Shown here in pieces: positions 35,090-45,308 of a stretch of 64,000 bases of DNA; position 1 is the first letter of the stretch, and each line of letters opens with the position of its first letter. Under the pieces are notes generated by a model, which did not search any database, was not told where the DNA came from, and saw only the letters and a list, made by a program, of their open reading frames with translations. This DNA comes from Candidatus Multivoradales bacterium (GTDB lineage: Bacteria > Acidobacteriota > Thermoanaerobaculia > Multivoradales > J023), in the NCBI GenBank assembly GCA_965248925.1, contig CBDFLE010000006.1:2208001-2272000 (forward strand), in the 5' to 3' direction. The position numbers and the translations under genes are program-made.

Positions 35090-35977
35090 CTAGCCGACGC
35101 CCGCTGTTTCGCTATCGAGCTGCCAATTGAGGGCTAACTGTGAACCTTGTTCGGCCGCTTCCGGCGCTAGCAGCCGCGGTCGTTCCGCCGGCGGCTCGAC
35201 CGGCAGCCAAGCGGTCGCAACATCTTGCCGAGTGAGCACCACCCGAGCTGGCGAACGCAGCTTCTCGAGGGTCGAGGAAATCGCTTCGAGGGCCAGCGCC
35301 GGAGCATTGTTGGATTCTGAAAGATGGTAGAGCACCACGCAGCCAAGGCGCTCGCCCACCAGATCCGCCAAACCATCTGCCGCTTGCTGGTTCGACAAGT
35401 GGCCGTGGCGACTGGCGATACGTTGTTTGAGATGCCAGGGATAGGGACCGTCACGCAGCATCTGGAGGTCGTGATTGGTCTCCAGAACCAAGGTGTCGAG
35501 GTCGCGAAGCTTGGCCCACGCCAGTTGGCTCTTGGCGCCCAGATCGGTAAGCACTCCAAGGCGGCGACCGGCGGCATCTTGAATGGTGTAGCCGACCGGC
35601 TCGCGGGCATCGTGCGGCACGGCGAAAGCATCGACCCGGAAGCCGGCAAGCTCGAACGGCTGGCCCGACCGAATCGGTTGGGTGAACGACAGCGCGCCCG
35701 CTCCCAACTTGCCGGCACCCAGCGTGCCAGCGGTGGCCCGGCAAGGCAACCGGTGACGGCGCAACAGCACGTCGGCCCCGCAGACATGGTCCGAGTGTTC
35801 GTGGGTCAGCAGCACGCCATCGAGTTGCGCCGACTCGAGACCGAGTGCTTGCAAACGACGGTCAACCTGCTTACAGGAGAAGCCCACATCAACGAGCAGC
35901 CGGCGACCGTGCGACTCGACGACGATCGCATTTCCTCGACTGCCAGATCCCAAGACGGCCAATCGCATGCTCTTCAC
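35090..35977 (-). CDS. MBL-fold hydrolase (YycJ/WalJ-like)
   Basis: LGSGSRGN, THEHSDH, PHDA, ETNHD, GHLSN, HLSESNN. Confidence 0.88.
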   Translation of the reverse strand: MKSMRLAVLGSGSRGNAIVVESHGRRLLVDVGFSCKQVDRRLQALGLESAQLDGVLLTHEHSDHVCGADVLLRRHRLPCRATAGTLGAGKLGAGALSFTQPIRSGQPFELAGFRVDAFAVPHDAREPVGYTIQDAAGRRLGVLTDLGAKSQLAWAKLRDLDTLVLETNHDLQMLRDGPYPWHLKQRIASRHGHLSNQQAADGLADLVGERLGCVVLYHLSESNNAPALALEAISSTLEKLRSPARVVLTRQDVATAWLPVEPPAERPRLLAPEAAEQGSQLALNWQLDSETAGVG

Positions 35978-35998
35978 ACCCGGCCGCCACTGGCGGCC

Positions 35999-36760
35999 TC
36001 AGAACTCGTAGACCTTGCCTTGCTCCAGAAAATCGATATCCGGGTTGCCAAGCGCTTTGACCTCACGGTGAATCTGCTCGACACACGGCGGCTTCAGATG
36101 ATGCAGCAAAATCGGCACTCGCTTTTCCAGCTTCTCGAGCTCGCTTGCCAGGCTGGCCGGGGTCAGGTGGAACGACACGTCGGCCACCTCCTGCAGCGAG
36201 TTGTCGAAGCTGGTATCGAGACAGATTGCCTCGAGATTGCGAGTGTTGTTGGCCACTTCCCACAAACGCTGAGTCGGGCCGGTATCACTAGACCACAGCA
36301 CGGCTTTACCGGCCTGCTCGATGAGGAAGCCATAGGTCGGTACCAGATGGTCGACCGGAATCGGCGTAAAGCGAACTCCCTCAAGTTCGAACGGCACCTC
36401 ATCCTGCAGCTCGTGAAACTGCAGTGCCGGCAGCAGGTGGTTGGGTAAGCGGGTGAAATCCGGCCAGGTGGCGTTGTTGAAAAGATACTTGCGCATCGCA
36501 TACACCGTCGCCGCTGAAGCGTAGATGTCGAGCGTGCGCTCCTGGCGGCTGAAGACATTCTCGATGAAGAAGGGGATCGAGCTGGTGTGGTCCATGTGCG
36601 AGTGGGTCAGCAGGATCGAATGCACCCCTACCTGGCGTTCGAGGGACAACGCCTGCGACAACGAGCCCGCATCGAGAGCGATGCGGTCGTTGATCAAGAG
36701 GCAGGTCATCCGGCAGCCCAGACTCTCGCCCCCATATCCGCCTAGAACCTCTATCTTCAT
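35999..36760 (-). CDS. MBL-fold 3',5'-cyclic nucleotide phosphodiesterase-like protein
   Basis: IEVLGGYGG, DAGSL, THSHMDH, FNNATWPDF, DTGPT, HLTP, HHLKP. Confidence 0.75.
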   Translation of the reverse strand: MKIEVLGGYGGESLGCRMTCLLINDRIALDAGSLSQALSLERQVGVHSILLTHSHMDHTSSIPFFIENVFSRQERTLDIYASAATVYAMRKYLFNNATWPDFTRLPNHLLPALQFHELQDEVPFELEGVRFTPIPVDHLVPTYGFLIEQAGKAVLWSSDTGPTQRLWEVANNTRNLEAICLDTSFDNSLQEVADVSFHLTPASLASELEKLEKRVPILLHHLKPPCVEQIHREVKALGNPDIDFLEQGKVYEF

Positions 36761-36957
36761 GCTGTGATTCGCAAAGTTGCAGAATTCTATCCCTGCCCCT
36801 GCCCCGCGCACAAGGTGTGCTTGAGCCCAATCGCTCCAGCCACCCCGCCCACGAACGCGGCGCGAGTCTACAGCAAAGCTGGCTTCACGCTAAAGGATAG
36901 AGATATCTAGCCGGCAAACTTCTCCCGAGCACAGCCTACCGCCCAAGAGGCCGGTCC

Positions 36958-39912
36958 TCAGAATCGCGTGCCGATCCAGAACTCGGTCTCGAACGAGGAC
37001 TCCTCGTTGTCGCCAAAGCGAGTCACTCGAGCAAAGTCCCAATTCACCGGGAAGCCGAAGAAGCGGGCGCTGAGACCCCAACCATAGGATGCCACCGCAT
37101 CGTCGAGCTGGCTGTTGGTGCTGTCGTAGAAGTCGAAGTCCTGAACGTCGTCGTACCAGTTGCCGCCGATATCGAAGAACAGGATGCCGCGGATACCGCC
37201 CAGACCACCCAAGCCGGCAAAGGCGAGCTGCTCGATCAACGGGAACCGCAGCTCCGCATTGCCGTAGAACACCCGCGTCCCCGACAACTCGCGGAATTCG
37301 AAGCCGCGCAAGGTGTCGAGCCCGCCGATCCAATAGGGCTGCGCAAAGTTGCCGTCCGAAGCACCGGCGAAGAAGCGGAAAGCGAAGTTGCTGCGACGGG
37401 TCAGCGGCACGTACTGTCGCGCGTCGAGGGTGAGCTGGGTGTGCAGGGTTCCGCTCTCCTCTGTATCCGGAGCGTAGGCACCCGACAAGCGAATCCGGTG
37501 GCCGCCGATCGCTCCCCACTGGTTGAACACCGTGTTGTCGCTGATCAGCGTCACCGACAGCTCAGGGAAGTCGTCCTCGCGCGGCAAGATCACTGGAACT
37601 ATATCCGGATCGGTGAGTGCTCCTTGGCAGCTGACCGCATCGCCACCAAGCCTCAGATCGACACAGAGCGAGCCCTTGTACTCGCGATTGCGCACGCTGG
37701 TTGCAATCTCTACCCGGTTGTTGAAATTGAAGGGGTAGATCAGCCGGAACTCGACCCCGGTCTGCTTGAACAGCTCGTCACTCTCGGTATCGATACGCCC
37801 GTCGAGAGTGTCGCGGAATCGCCGCACGGCGAAGAAGCGTTCGTCGAACACCCGCGCCGCCCACTGCCATCGGTTCTTCAAGTTCAGGTAGGTGAACTGG
37901 AAGTTGGAGAAGGTGTCTACCGCCGCCACGTTGGCGATAAACCGGCGGTCGCCCAGATAGTCACTGAAGCTCAGCACCACCCGACCGACGAAGATGTTGT
38001 TGCTATCGATACCGATGAAATTGTCGATGCTCTCGAGGAAGAACTTCTTGCCGCCGTAGCTATCAATATTGGCATCGTCGATCGACACCTCAATATCCGG
38101 CTCGAAACGCTCCAGAGTAGCGATCTGGGCTGGCTCGTCAGAGATATCGACCACCTCCGGTGTGCCCAAGGGCTCCTCCACGTCGGTCATGAAGAGGTCG
38201 AAGCGCCCTTTCCAATAACCGGTGTAAACCAATCTCTCGCCGCCTTCCGGCAAGGCCAGCACCGCCGGCCGATCACAGCCAGTAACCGAGTTGGTGTACT
38301 GGGTGATCTCACCCCGCTCCAGGTCGAGACCGTAGATGTTGTCGGCACCGCTACGATCGCTGGTGAAGTAGATCCGCCGACCCGACGCGGAGTAAACCGC
38401 CTCCTTGTTGTTGGTCTCGCCCTCGGTGAGCTGATAGCGCTTCGAGGGATCGCGCGGGTCAAGACGGAAGAGCTGGGCGTACTCACCCACCCACGAGCTG
38501 TAGGTCAACCAGTTGCCATCGGGAGAGTAGGACGGCGCCGCGTCGTAGATCTCGTCGTGGGTGATGTTGCGGATCTCGAGCGATTCGAGATCGACGGTGA
38601 AGATGTCGAAGTATCCATCGAGATTGCCGGAGAAGGCGACGTAGCGACCGTCGGGGGAGAACGCGGGCGACAACTGCTGCTCGATCTCCATGTCGATGAT
38701 CTTCGCCAAGCCACCATTGAGCACATCGATCAGGATCAGACTACGACCCGATTCGCGGCGGCCGAAGGCAGCGATGTAGTTGCCGTCCGGCGAGAAGGCC
38801 AGATCCCGGCCCACGCCACGACCGGTGGTGAGGAACTGAGTGACGATCTGGCGGATGTCCTTTTCCAAGCCCTTGGTCAGATTGCGCAAGCGGCGCCGAT
38901 TCTGGGCGTCGAAGAGGGAGATGTCCACTTCGCCCTTGTCGGTGGTGATCGCCGCCACCAAATCGCCCGACGGCGAGGCGGCCGGCGACAGCTCCCAACC
39001 CTGGTTGCTGTTGTTCTCCTCAAGACGGAACGGGCGACCAAAATCACCCGGCTCACCGGTGTCGAGCAAGGTCGCCAAATAGCGCTTGCGCAGCCAGCGC
39101 CGGAACTCGGCATCGAAATCCTCGGCATCGATCCGGAAAGTGCGCTCGATCGCTTTGCCCACCGAGGCGCCCAGGGTGTTGCGGAATTCGTAGATCAGAT
39201 CCAACACCGCCTCGGCGCCCCAACGTTCCTCGATGTAGTCGAAAACCACATGACCGTAGCGATAGGCGATAAAGCCGCCTCCCTGCCAAGCCACCGACGG
39301 GATGTTGTCGTTAACCACCGCGTCGACCATGAACTTGCGATCGGCCGAGGTTTCGTCGTCGGCCATGTAGCTGGCCATGCCTTCGATGAACCAGGTTGGC
39401 GGCCGGCCGCGGAGACCGGCACCTAGTTTGCCGCGAAACAGCACGTAGTACTGGAAGATGTGGGTCAGCTCATGCTTGATCAAGCCCTGCAGGTCAGGGT
39501 CCGGCATGTCCAACGGCATCACCATGCGGAAGCGGTTCGGGGTAGCGAACGCCTGCGCCCCCTCGGGCACGCCGTTCAGGATGATGTTGTTCTGTTGAAA
39601 CGCCGAGTGGGTCTCGTAAACGATCAGCGGCGTCGGCTCCTGGATCTGGTAGTCGAAGCGGCGGGAGAGTTCGTCGTAGGCACTTTCGGCGAACGACGCC
39701 ACCTTCTGCAACAGGTGTGCCTCGGCTTGGTTGTAGTAAATATCGAAGTGCTGCGAGTGGTAGATCTTCCAGTCGAACTCACGATACTGGACCTTGTTCT
39801 TGCCAAAATATTGACCGGCGGCGGGGGACGGCGCCAGCAGCGAGGGCAGAACGATAGCGAGCATCGCCATCAGCGTGACGAGCTTCTTCGAGAAACGAGA
39901 GATCAAGGTCAC
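36958..39912 (-). CDS. Gluzincin-like domain + TolB/PD40 beta-propeller + Omp85/BamA-type barrel protein
   Basis: GTG start after AAGGAGG; signal peptide; QYFGKNKVQY; HELTH...WFIEGMASY; repeated SPDG; GGLDTLRGF, NAELRFP, C-terminal Phe. Confidence 0.85.
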   Translation of the reverse strand: MTLISRFSKKLVTLMAMLAIVLPSLLAPSPAAGQYFGKNKVQYREFDWKIYHSQHFDIYYNQAEAHLLQKVASFAESAYDELSRRFDYQIQEPTPLIVYETHSAFQQNNIILNGVPEGAQAFATPNRFRMVMPLDMPDPDLQGLIKHELTHIFQYYVLFRGKLGAGLRGRPPTWFIEGMASYMADDETSADRKFMVDAVVNDNIPSVAWQGGGFIAYRYGHVVFDYIEERWGAEAVLDLIYEFRNTLGASVGKAIERTFRIDAEDFDAEFRRWLRKRYLATLLDTGEPGDFGRPFRLEENNSNQGWELSPAASPSGDLVAAITTDKGEVDISLFDAQNRRRLRNLTKGLEKDIRQIVTQFLTTGRGVGRDLAFSPDGNYIAAFGRRESGRSLILIDVLNGGLAKIIDMEIEQQLSPAFSPDGRYVAFSGNLDGYFDIFTVDLESLEIRNITHDEIYDAAPSYSPDGNWLTYSSWVGEYAQLFRLDPRDPSKRYQLTEGETNNKEAVYSASGRRIYFTSDRSGADNIYGLDLERGEITQYTNSVTGCDRPAVLALPEGGERLVYTGYWKGRFDLFMTDVEEPLGTPEVVDISDEPAQIATLERFEPDIEVSIDDANIDSYGGKKFFLESIDNFIGIDSNNIFVGRVVLSFSDYLGDRRFIANVAAVDTFSNFQFTYLNLKNRWQWAARVFDERFFAVRRFRDTLDGRIDTESDELFKQTGVEFRLIYPFNFNNRVEIATSVRNREYKGSLCVDLRLGGDAVSCQGALTDPDIVPVILPREDDFPELSVTLISDNTVFNQWGAIGGHRIRLSGAYAPDTEESGTLHTQLTLDARQYVPLTRRSNFAFRFFAGASDGNFAQPYWIGGLDTLRGFEFRELSGTRVFYGNAELRFPLIEQLAFAGLGGLGGIRGILFFDIGGNWYDDVQDFDFYDSTNSQLDDAVASYGWGLSARFFGFPVNWDFARVTRFGDNEESSFETEFWIGTRF

Positions 39913-40053
39913 AGGGACCTCCTTCCGACTGGATTCGATAGCGCCGCCGGGGCCTCTAAGTCCTCGGCGATGCTTGGGAATCTGTTGCGAATTCAATTAA
40001 GACCTGCGCAAAAAGGAAACCAAAAAGTCAATTCAAGCTTGCTCGGCAGCCGC

Positions 40054-40851
40054 TCAATCTGCAAATAGAGAACGGGTAGCTTCCACCCGCTTCTGGGCAA
40101 AGATGCCGACAATGCGATCTTCCAGCGAGTAGAGATTCTGGAACATGCCGATCAACGGATCGGCGCTCTCGCCCTCGTACTGCTTGAAATCCTTGAAGTT
40201 GTCGCTGTAGAGCAGTTCTCCGGTGCGGCCGTCGAAGACCTGCATGACGATGTCGTACTCGAAGCCAGTCTGCTCCACCAAGACCTGGCGCTGATAGACC
40301 CGCCCGTCAAAGGGCGAGACGTACTCCTCGGTACGGTAGCCACTGCGATCCTGAATATCGAAATCGAGACTGCCGGCGAGAATCAGATCGACCTGCACGC
40401 GGTCACCCAAGGCGCGCCAAAAGTCACTATCGCGAGCCAACATTTCGAGATCGTAGGTTGGATAGTCCATCGGACCGGTCTCCAGCACTTTGAGATCGGT
40501 TTCGCGGCGCAACAGTTTGAAGAGATAGCGCTCAAACTCGCCCTGAACATCGATATCTCGTCCTGGAATGCGCCCTTCGCCTTCCTGCGAGACCATAATG
40601 AACGGCGCCGGCGCGATCGTCCGCCGACCCCCCAGATCAAGCCGCGCCCGCACCGGCAAGGTCACTTTGACCTCGACAATAGCCGCCATCACTGGCCAGG
40701 CCGCAGCGGCGCCAAGCAGCAGCAGCAGCACGGCTCGCCGCGGGTCGCTCCAGCGGCCTCTGGGCGGCGCGGGGAGACCTACAGATTCACTAGCAGGGGA
40801 CTTGCGGCGCAGAACTCGCTGCCGCCGAGAGAAGTTGCCATCCGGGCTCAT
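40054..40851 (-). CDS. Hypothetical exported protein
   Basis: AAAGGAG RBS; hydrophobic segment followed by an alpha/beta domain (VFDGRTGELLY). Confidence 0.7.
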   Translation of the reverse strand: MSPDGNFSRRQRVLRRKSPASESVGLPAPPRGRWSDPRRAVLLLLLGAAAAWPVMAAIVEVKVTLPVRARLDLGGRRTIAPAPFIMVSQEGEGRIPGRDIDVQGEFERYLFKLLRRETDLKVLETGPMDYPTYDLEMLARDSDFWRALGDRVQVDLILAGSLDFDIQDRSGYRTEEYVSPFDGRVYQRQVLVEQTGFEYDIVMQVFDGRTGELLYSDNFKDFKQYEGESADPLIGMFQNLYSLEDRIVGIFAQKRVEATRSLFAD

Positions 40852-41020
40852 TTGCCAAACTCCTTTGCTGTCCGACCACCGCCGAGACTTGGCGATCCCC
40901 GGCTCGTGCCGATCTGCTCAGTGCTTCTATGCAGCCTCGATGCCGGCCAGCGGCGGCATCTGCCTGCCACCTTCCGCCACAGCTGTCTTCTACCGAGGTC
41001 GACACCGTCCTCCACAGGTC

Positions 41021-41482
41021 TCAACCCTGGTCCTCAGCCACCGCGGGACGAGGTACTGGGGCCGACTTGCCGCCCTCTTCGCCTTGCTGCTGATCGGGTT
41101 TGAAGCTGCGATAGAACTCGACAAAGCGCGAGTAATTGCGCTTCAGCTCCTTATTGGTCGAGTCGCTCTTGATCGCTTGCTGGTACAGCTCCAGGGCCTT
41201 GTCGAAGTTACCCAAGGCCTCGTAGGCCACCGCCAGATTGTTGAGCACCCGCGGGTTTCCGGGGTCCTTTAATCGCGCTCGCTTGAAGCGGAAAAGCGCC
41301 TCGGCCCACAAGCCTCGCTGCGCCATCTTGACGCCGAAACTGAGTTGCGCCGCGGCAGTGTCGGGTTGGCCGGCATTCTTCTTGGCCAGCGTCGGAGCGG
41401 CCGGCAACAAGGCCAGCAAGATCAAGGAAACAAAGACCCAACAGCTCGTCGAACGGCTGTGGATTCGGTTGGGAGAAGGCAT
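41021..41482 (-). CDS. Exported tetratricopeptide-repeat protein
   Basis: Signal peptide; GLWAEALFRF...VLNNLAVAYEALGNFDKALELYQQA. Confidence 0.85.
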   Translation of the reverse strand: MPSPNRIHSRSTSCWVFVSLILLALLPAAPTLAKKNAGQPDTAAAQLSFGVKMAQRGLWAEALFRFKRARLKDPGNPRVLNNLAVAYEALGNFDKALELYQQAIKSDSTNKELKRNYSRFVEFYRSFKPDQQQGEEGGKSAPVPRPAVAEDQG

Positions 41483-41704
41483 AACGAGCGTCCCTTCACG
41501 CACCGATTGGCGCGCTCTCTAGCCAGGGTTAGAGGTGTGATCGCCAGCACGGACTCTTGCCAGTATATACGAGCCCGATCGGCGGTGGATTGGTAGGTCA
41601 GGAGTCAAAATCGATCGCCCGCGACAGATCTGACCCTCCTTTTCCGTCTCTCATGACGAGCTTCGCAGCAACGCGAATGCCAGATTCTTGGGAGAACCGA
41701 AAAA

Positions 41705-42808
41705 ATGTTGGAAAAAGAACTTCTGATCACCCTCAATGCAGCCCCAATCGTGCCACGAGCCACGCTCTGCCGGCTCGGTGCCGAGCTCGAGCGCTGGCGA
41801 GAAGACCGCGGTGGCGGCAATCCGGCAGCCCTCGCCCGGCGGCTCGGAGTGCCGGCCAAACACCTCGCTCAGGTCGACGCCCTGCGCCCGCGCGCCGCCC
41901 ATCTAGCCCAACAACAGCACCAGCAGGCTGACCGCTTCGGTGCCCGCCTGATCACCATCACCGATCGCGACTACCCCAGTTCCCTACGCGATTTGGCCCT
42001 GCCGCCGCCGGTGCTCTACTGCCGCGGCGAGCTGCCCCGCGGACCAGCGGTGGCGATCGTCGGCGCTCGCAAGATGGACTCCTACGGCAAACAGGTGGCG
42101 CGACACTTTGCTGGCGAACTCGCCGCCTCCGGGGTGACCATCGTTTCGGGCTTTGCCCGCGGCGTTGACGCCACCGCCCACCGCGGCGCCCTCGAAGCCG
42201 CGGGCCACACCGTGGCGGTGCTCGGCTGCGGCCTCGACATCGACTATCCCCAGGGCCAGGCCGGGCTAGCGCTCGACATCAGCCACCAGGGTGCTTGCCT
42301 CAGTGAGTTCCCCTTTGGCTGCGAACCGCGGGCCTGGCATTTCCCGGTCCGCAATCGAGTGATCGCCGCCCTGGCTCGCGGCACTCTGGTGGTGCAAGCG
42401 GCAATTCGCTCGGGCTCGCTCAACACCGCCCACCATTCCCTGGAGTTGGGTCGCGACGTCTATGCCATACCCGGCCGCATCGACGACCCCTTGGCTGGCG
42501 GCACCAACGGCTTGCTCGCCGACGGTGCCCTGGTGGCCAGAGCGCCGCGCGACGTACTCGAATGTCTGGCCCTCGAACAGCTGCGGTTACCGATCGAGCT
42601 ACCGGCGGCGCCAGCCTTGCCCGACCGCCCTTTGCCGACCGGCGCCCAAGGCCAGCTGCTGGCGATTTTACCGATCGGCGAAGAGGCCACCGCCGACCAA
42701 CTGGCCGCAGGCCTCGGCCAGGCAGTTGACCAGGTTCTCGGCACTCTGCTCGAACTCGAACTCGGCGGCTGGCTGAGCCGGCGACCGGGACCGGTTTATG
42801 GCCGCTGA
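41705..42808 (+). CDS. dprA: DNA-processing protein DprA
   Basis: AIVGAR, IVSGFARGVD, FPVRNRVIA, SGSL; C-terminal LLELEL winged helix. Confidence 0.93.
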   Translation: MLEKELLITLNAAPIVPRATLCRLGAELERWREDRGGGNPAALARRLGVPAKHLAQVDALRPRAAHLAQQQHQQADRFGARLITITDRDYPSSLRDLALPPPVLYCRGELPRGPAVAIVGARKMDSYGKQVARHFAGELAASGVTIVSGFARGVDATAHRGALEAAGHTVAVLGCGLDIDYPQGQAGLALDISHQGACLSEFPFGCEPRAWHFPVRNRVIAALARGTLVVQAAIRSGSLNTAHHSLELGRDVYAIPGRIDDPLAGGTNGLLADGALVARAPRDVLECLALEQLRLPIELPAAPALPDRPLPTGAQGQLLAILPIGEEATADQLAAGLGQAVDQVLGTLLELELGGWLSRRPGPVYGR

Positions 42809-42863
42809 GAGATGTTTGTCAACCGGCAACCCGCAGCCAACAACTCGGGCCTATAATCCCCCC

Positions 42864-44243
42864 ATGCAGTCTTCTTCCCAGCCTGACTCCCCGCCGCCAC
42901 CGGTGCAAGTAATCGGCGCCGGACTGGCCGGCAGCGAGTGCGCCTACCAGCTCGCCCGCCGCGGCGTGCCGGTGGTGCTGTGGGAGATGCGCCCCGAGCG
43001 CCAAACCCCAGCCCACAAGACTGGCGACTTCGCCGAACTGGTGTGCAGCAACTCGCTGCGCAGCGACGATCCACTGCACGCCGCCGGCCTGCTGAAGCGA
43101 GAGATGGAGCGCTTCGGCTCACTGATCATCGCCGCGGCGCGGGCGGCGGCAGTGCCAGCGGGTAGCGCCCTGGCGGTCGACCGTGAGTATTTTGCCAGCG
43201 AGGTCTCACAGCGCCTGGAGAGTCAGCCGAACTTAGAGATCCGGCGCCAGGAGGTGACCGAGCTGCCCGCCGGCGAGGTGGTGCTGGCCACCGGCCCGCT
43301 GACCTCGGATTGCCTGGCCGCCGTGCTGCAAGAGCTGTTGGGAGAGGAGTACCTCTACTTCCACGACGCCATCGCCCCGATCGTCGAGGCCGACAGCCTC
43401 GATCTATCCAGGCTGTTTCGGGCTTCTCGCTACGGCAAAGGCGGCGCCGACTACTTGAACGCCCCTTTTGATCGCGATCAGTACCTGGCCTTCCACCAAG
43501 CCTTGCTCGACGCCGAGCTGGTCGAGCCCCACGCTTTCGAGAAAGCCAAGTTCTTCGAAGGCTGCTTGCCGGTCGAGGAAATCGCTTCGCGCGGGGTCGA
43601 TACGCTGCGCTTCGGCACCATGAAGCCGGTCGGCCTGACCACTCCCGAGGGGGTGCGCCCTTATGCCGTGGTGCAGCTGCGTCAAGAGGACCTGGCCCGC
43701 ACTCACTACAATCTGGTGGGCTTCCAATCGCGCATGAAGTGGGGAGAGCAGCAGCGGGTGCTGCGGATGATCCCCGGCCTGGAACAGGCTAAGTTCGTGC
43801 GCTTGGGCCAGATCCACCGCAACACCTTTATCAACTCGCCGGTCCACCTCGACAAGTTCTACCGCTTGCAGACGGCGCCACGGGTGCGCCTGGCAGGCCA
43901 GATCACCGGCGTCGAGGGCTACTTGGAGTCGGCCGCCACCGGCCTGGTGAGCGCTCTCTACCTATCCCTAGATCGCCGTGCCGCGACCTTCGAACCACTG
44001 CCAAGCACCACCGCCCTCGGTGCTCTGGCTCGCCATCTCACCGAGTCGACCGCCAAGCATTTTCAGCCCACCAACATCAACTACGGCCTGTTCGAGCCCC
44101 TGCCCGGACGGGTGCGCAAGCGCGAGCGGCGGGAGCGCCAGGCGGTGCGAGCGCACGCCGCTCTCGGCCAGTGGATCACTGGCCAGGGCTTCACCGACGA
44201 GAAACCACCGGTCGCCGAGCTAGCGCTCGCAACCGCCGACTGA
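42864..44243 (+). CDS. trmFO: Folate-dependent tRNA m5U54 methyltransferase
   Basis: IGAGLAGSE, AELVCSNS, FEGCLPVE, AGQITGVEGYLES. Confidence 0.95.
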   Translation: MQSSSQPDSPPPPVQVIGAGLAGSECAYQLARRGVPVVLWEMRPERQTPAHKTGDFAELVCSNSLRSDDPLHAAGLLKREMERFGSLIIAAARAAAVPAGSALAVDREYFASEVSQRLESQPNLEIRRQEVTELPAGEVVLATGPLTSDCLAAVLQELLGEEYLYFHDAIAPIVEADSLDLSRLFRASRYGKGGADYLNAPFDRDQYLAFHQALLDAELVEPHAFEKAKFFEGCLPVEEIASRGVDTLRFGTMKPVGLTTPEGVRPYAVVQLRQEDLARTHYNLVGFQSRMKWGEQQRVLRMIPGLEQAKFVRLGQIHRNTFINSPVHLDKFYRLQTAPRVRLAGQITGVEGYLESAATGLVSALYLSLDRRAATFEPLPSTTALGALARHLTESTAKHFQPTNINYGLFEPLPGRVRKRERRERQAVRAHAALGQWITGQGFTDEKPPVAELALATAD

Positions 44244-44260
44244 GGAGCCCGCCACGGCTG

Positions 44261-45229
44261 ATGCGGGATCTGGTCCATCGCTTTCTCGAACACCTCGACC
44301 TCGAGCGCCATCTCTCGACCCACACCCTGAGAGCCTACGAGGGCGATCTGCGGCGCTTTGGCGATTTCTTGGCCGGTAACTATCTCGGCCGCGAGTTGGA
44401 CCAGCTGCACCCAGCCGACGTCGAGCCCGCCGCGGTGCGTGCTTTCCTCGCCCGCGCCGCCCAGCAAGGCCTGTCGCGGAGCAGCCAGGCCCGCGCTCTG
44501 TCGGCAGTGCGCAGCCTGTTTGCCTACGCCTGTCGGCTGGGAGAGCTAGAGGCCAATCCGGCGCGCGGCGTCCGCACTCCCAAACAAGACCGCACGTTGC
44601 CCCGCCATCTGCGACCCACGGAAGCCAACGACTTGCTCGACGCCACCGACGGCAAGCGCCCCGAGGCCAGCACCACACCCGCCGACGAGGCCCTCGGCCA
44701 GCGCGACCAGGCACTGTTCGAGTTGCTCTATGCCACCGGCCTGCGAGTCGGCGAGTTGGTCAGTTTGGACTGGCCGGACCTCGACCTTGGCGGCCGGGTG
44801 TTGCGGGTGATGGGCAAAGGGGGCAAGGAGCGCATGGTGCCCTTTGGCCGGCCGGCGAGAGCCGCCCTCGATGATTGGCTGGATGGCTGGGAAGAAGTGC
44901 GAGCACGCCGCCGGGACACCACCAGCGACGGCGAACCAGTGTTTCTCCACCACCGCGGCGGCCGACTCAGCGCGCGGTCGGTGCGCCGCTTGCTCGATCG
45001 CTACAGCGCTGTTGCCGGGCTGCCGCCGGGAGTGCATCCCCACATGCTGCGCCACAGCTTCGCTACTCACCTGCTGGAAGGAGGGGCCGACCTGCGCGCC
45101 ATCCAAGAGCTGCTCGGCCACAGCTCCCTCGCCACCACCCAGCGCTACACCCATCTCGACATCGACCGGCTGCTGCGGGTCTATCGCCAGAGCCATCCGC
45201 GGGCCAAGGCGTCCTCGGATGACCCCTGA
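44261..45229 (+). CDS. xerC: Tyrosine recombinase XerC
   Basis: LLYATGLRVGE, GKGGKER, HPHMLRHSFATH, LLGH, TTQRYTH; trmFO-xerC-hslVU context. Confidence 0.9.
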   Translation: MRDLVHRFLEHLDLERHLSTHTLRAYEGDLRRFGDFLAGNYLGRELDQLHPADVEPAAVRAFLARAAQQGLSRSSQARALSAVRSLFAYACRLGELEANPARGVRTPKQDRTLPRHLRPTEANDLLDATDGKRPEASTTPADEALGQRDQALFELLYATGLRVGELVSLDWPDLDLGGRVLRVMGKGGKERMVPFGRPARAALDDWLDGWEEVRARRRDTTSDGEPVFLHHRGGRLSARSVRRLLDRYSAVAGLPPGVHPHMLRHSFATHLLEGGADLRAIQELLGHSSLATTQRYTHLDIDRLLRVYRQSHPRAKASSDDP

Positions 45230-45308
45230 GCAACTTCTTAAAGCCGACGATATCCAGCAGAAGACGGCCTGCGAAACCGGGTTGCACGCTGATACAATCG
45301 GCCGCCTA

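Noticed and set aside
37441-39426. 661-aa plus-strand ORF
   Set aside because: Antisense shadow of the Omp85-family gene, expected from GC-rich codon bias; no motifs. The same applies to the long antisense ORFs over pilB, gltA and hslU.
44261-45229. Possible phage or island integrase
   Set aside because: Housekeeping xerC context, with no mobile-element genes nearby
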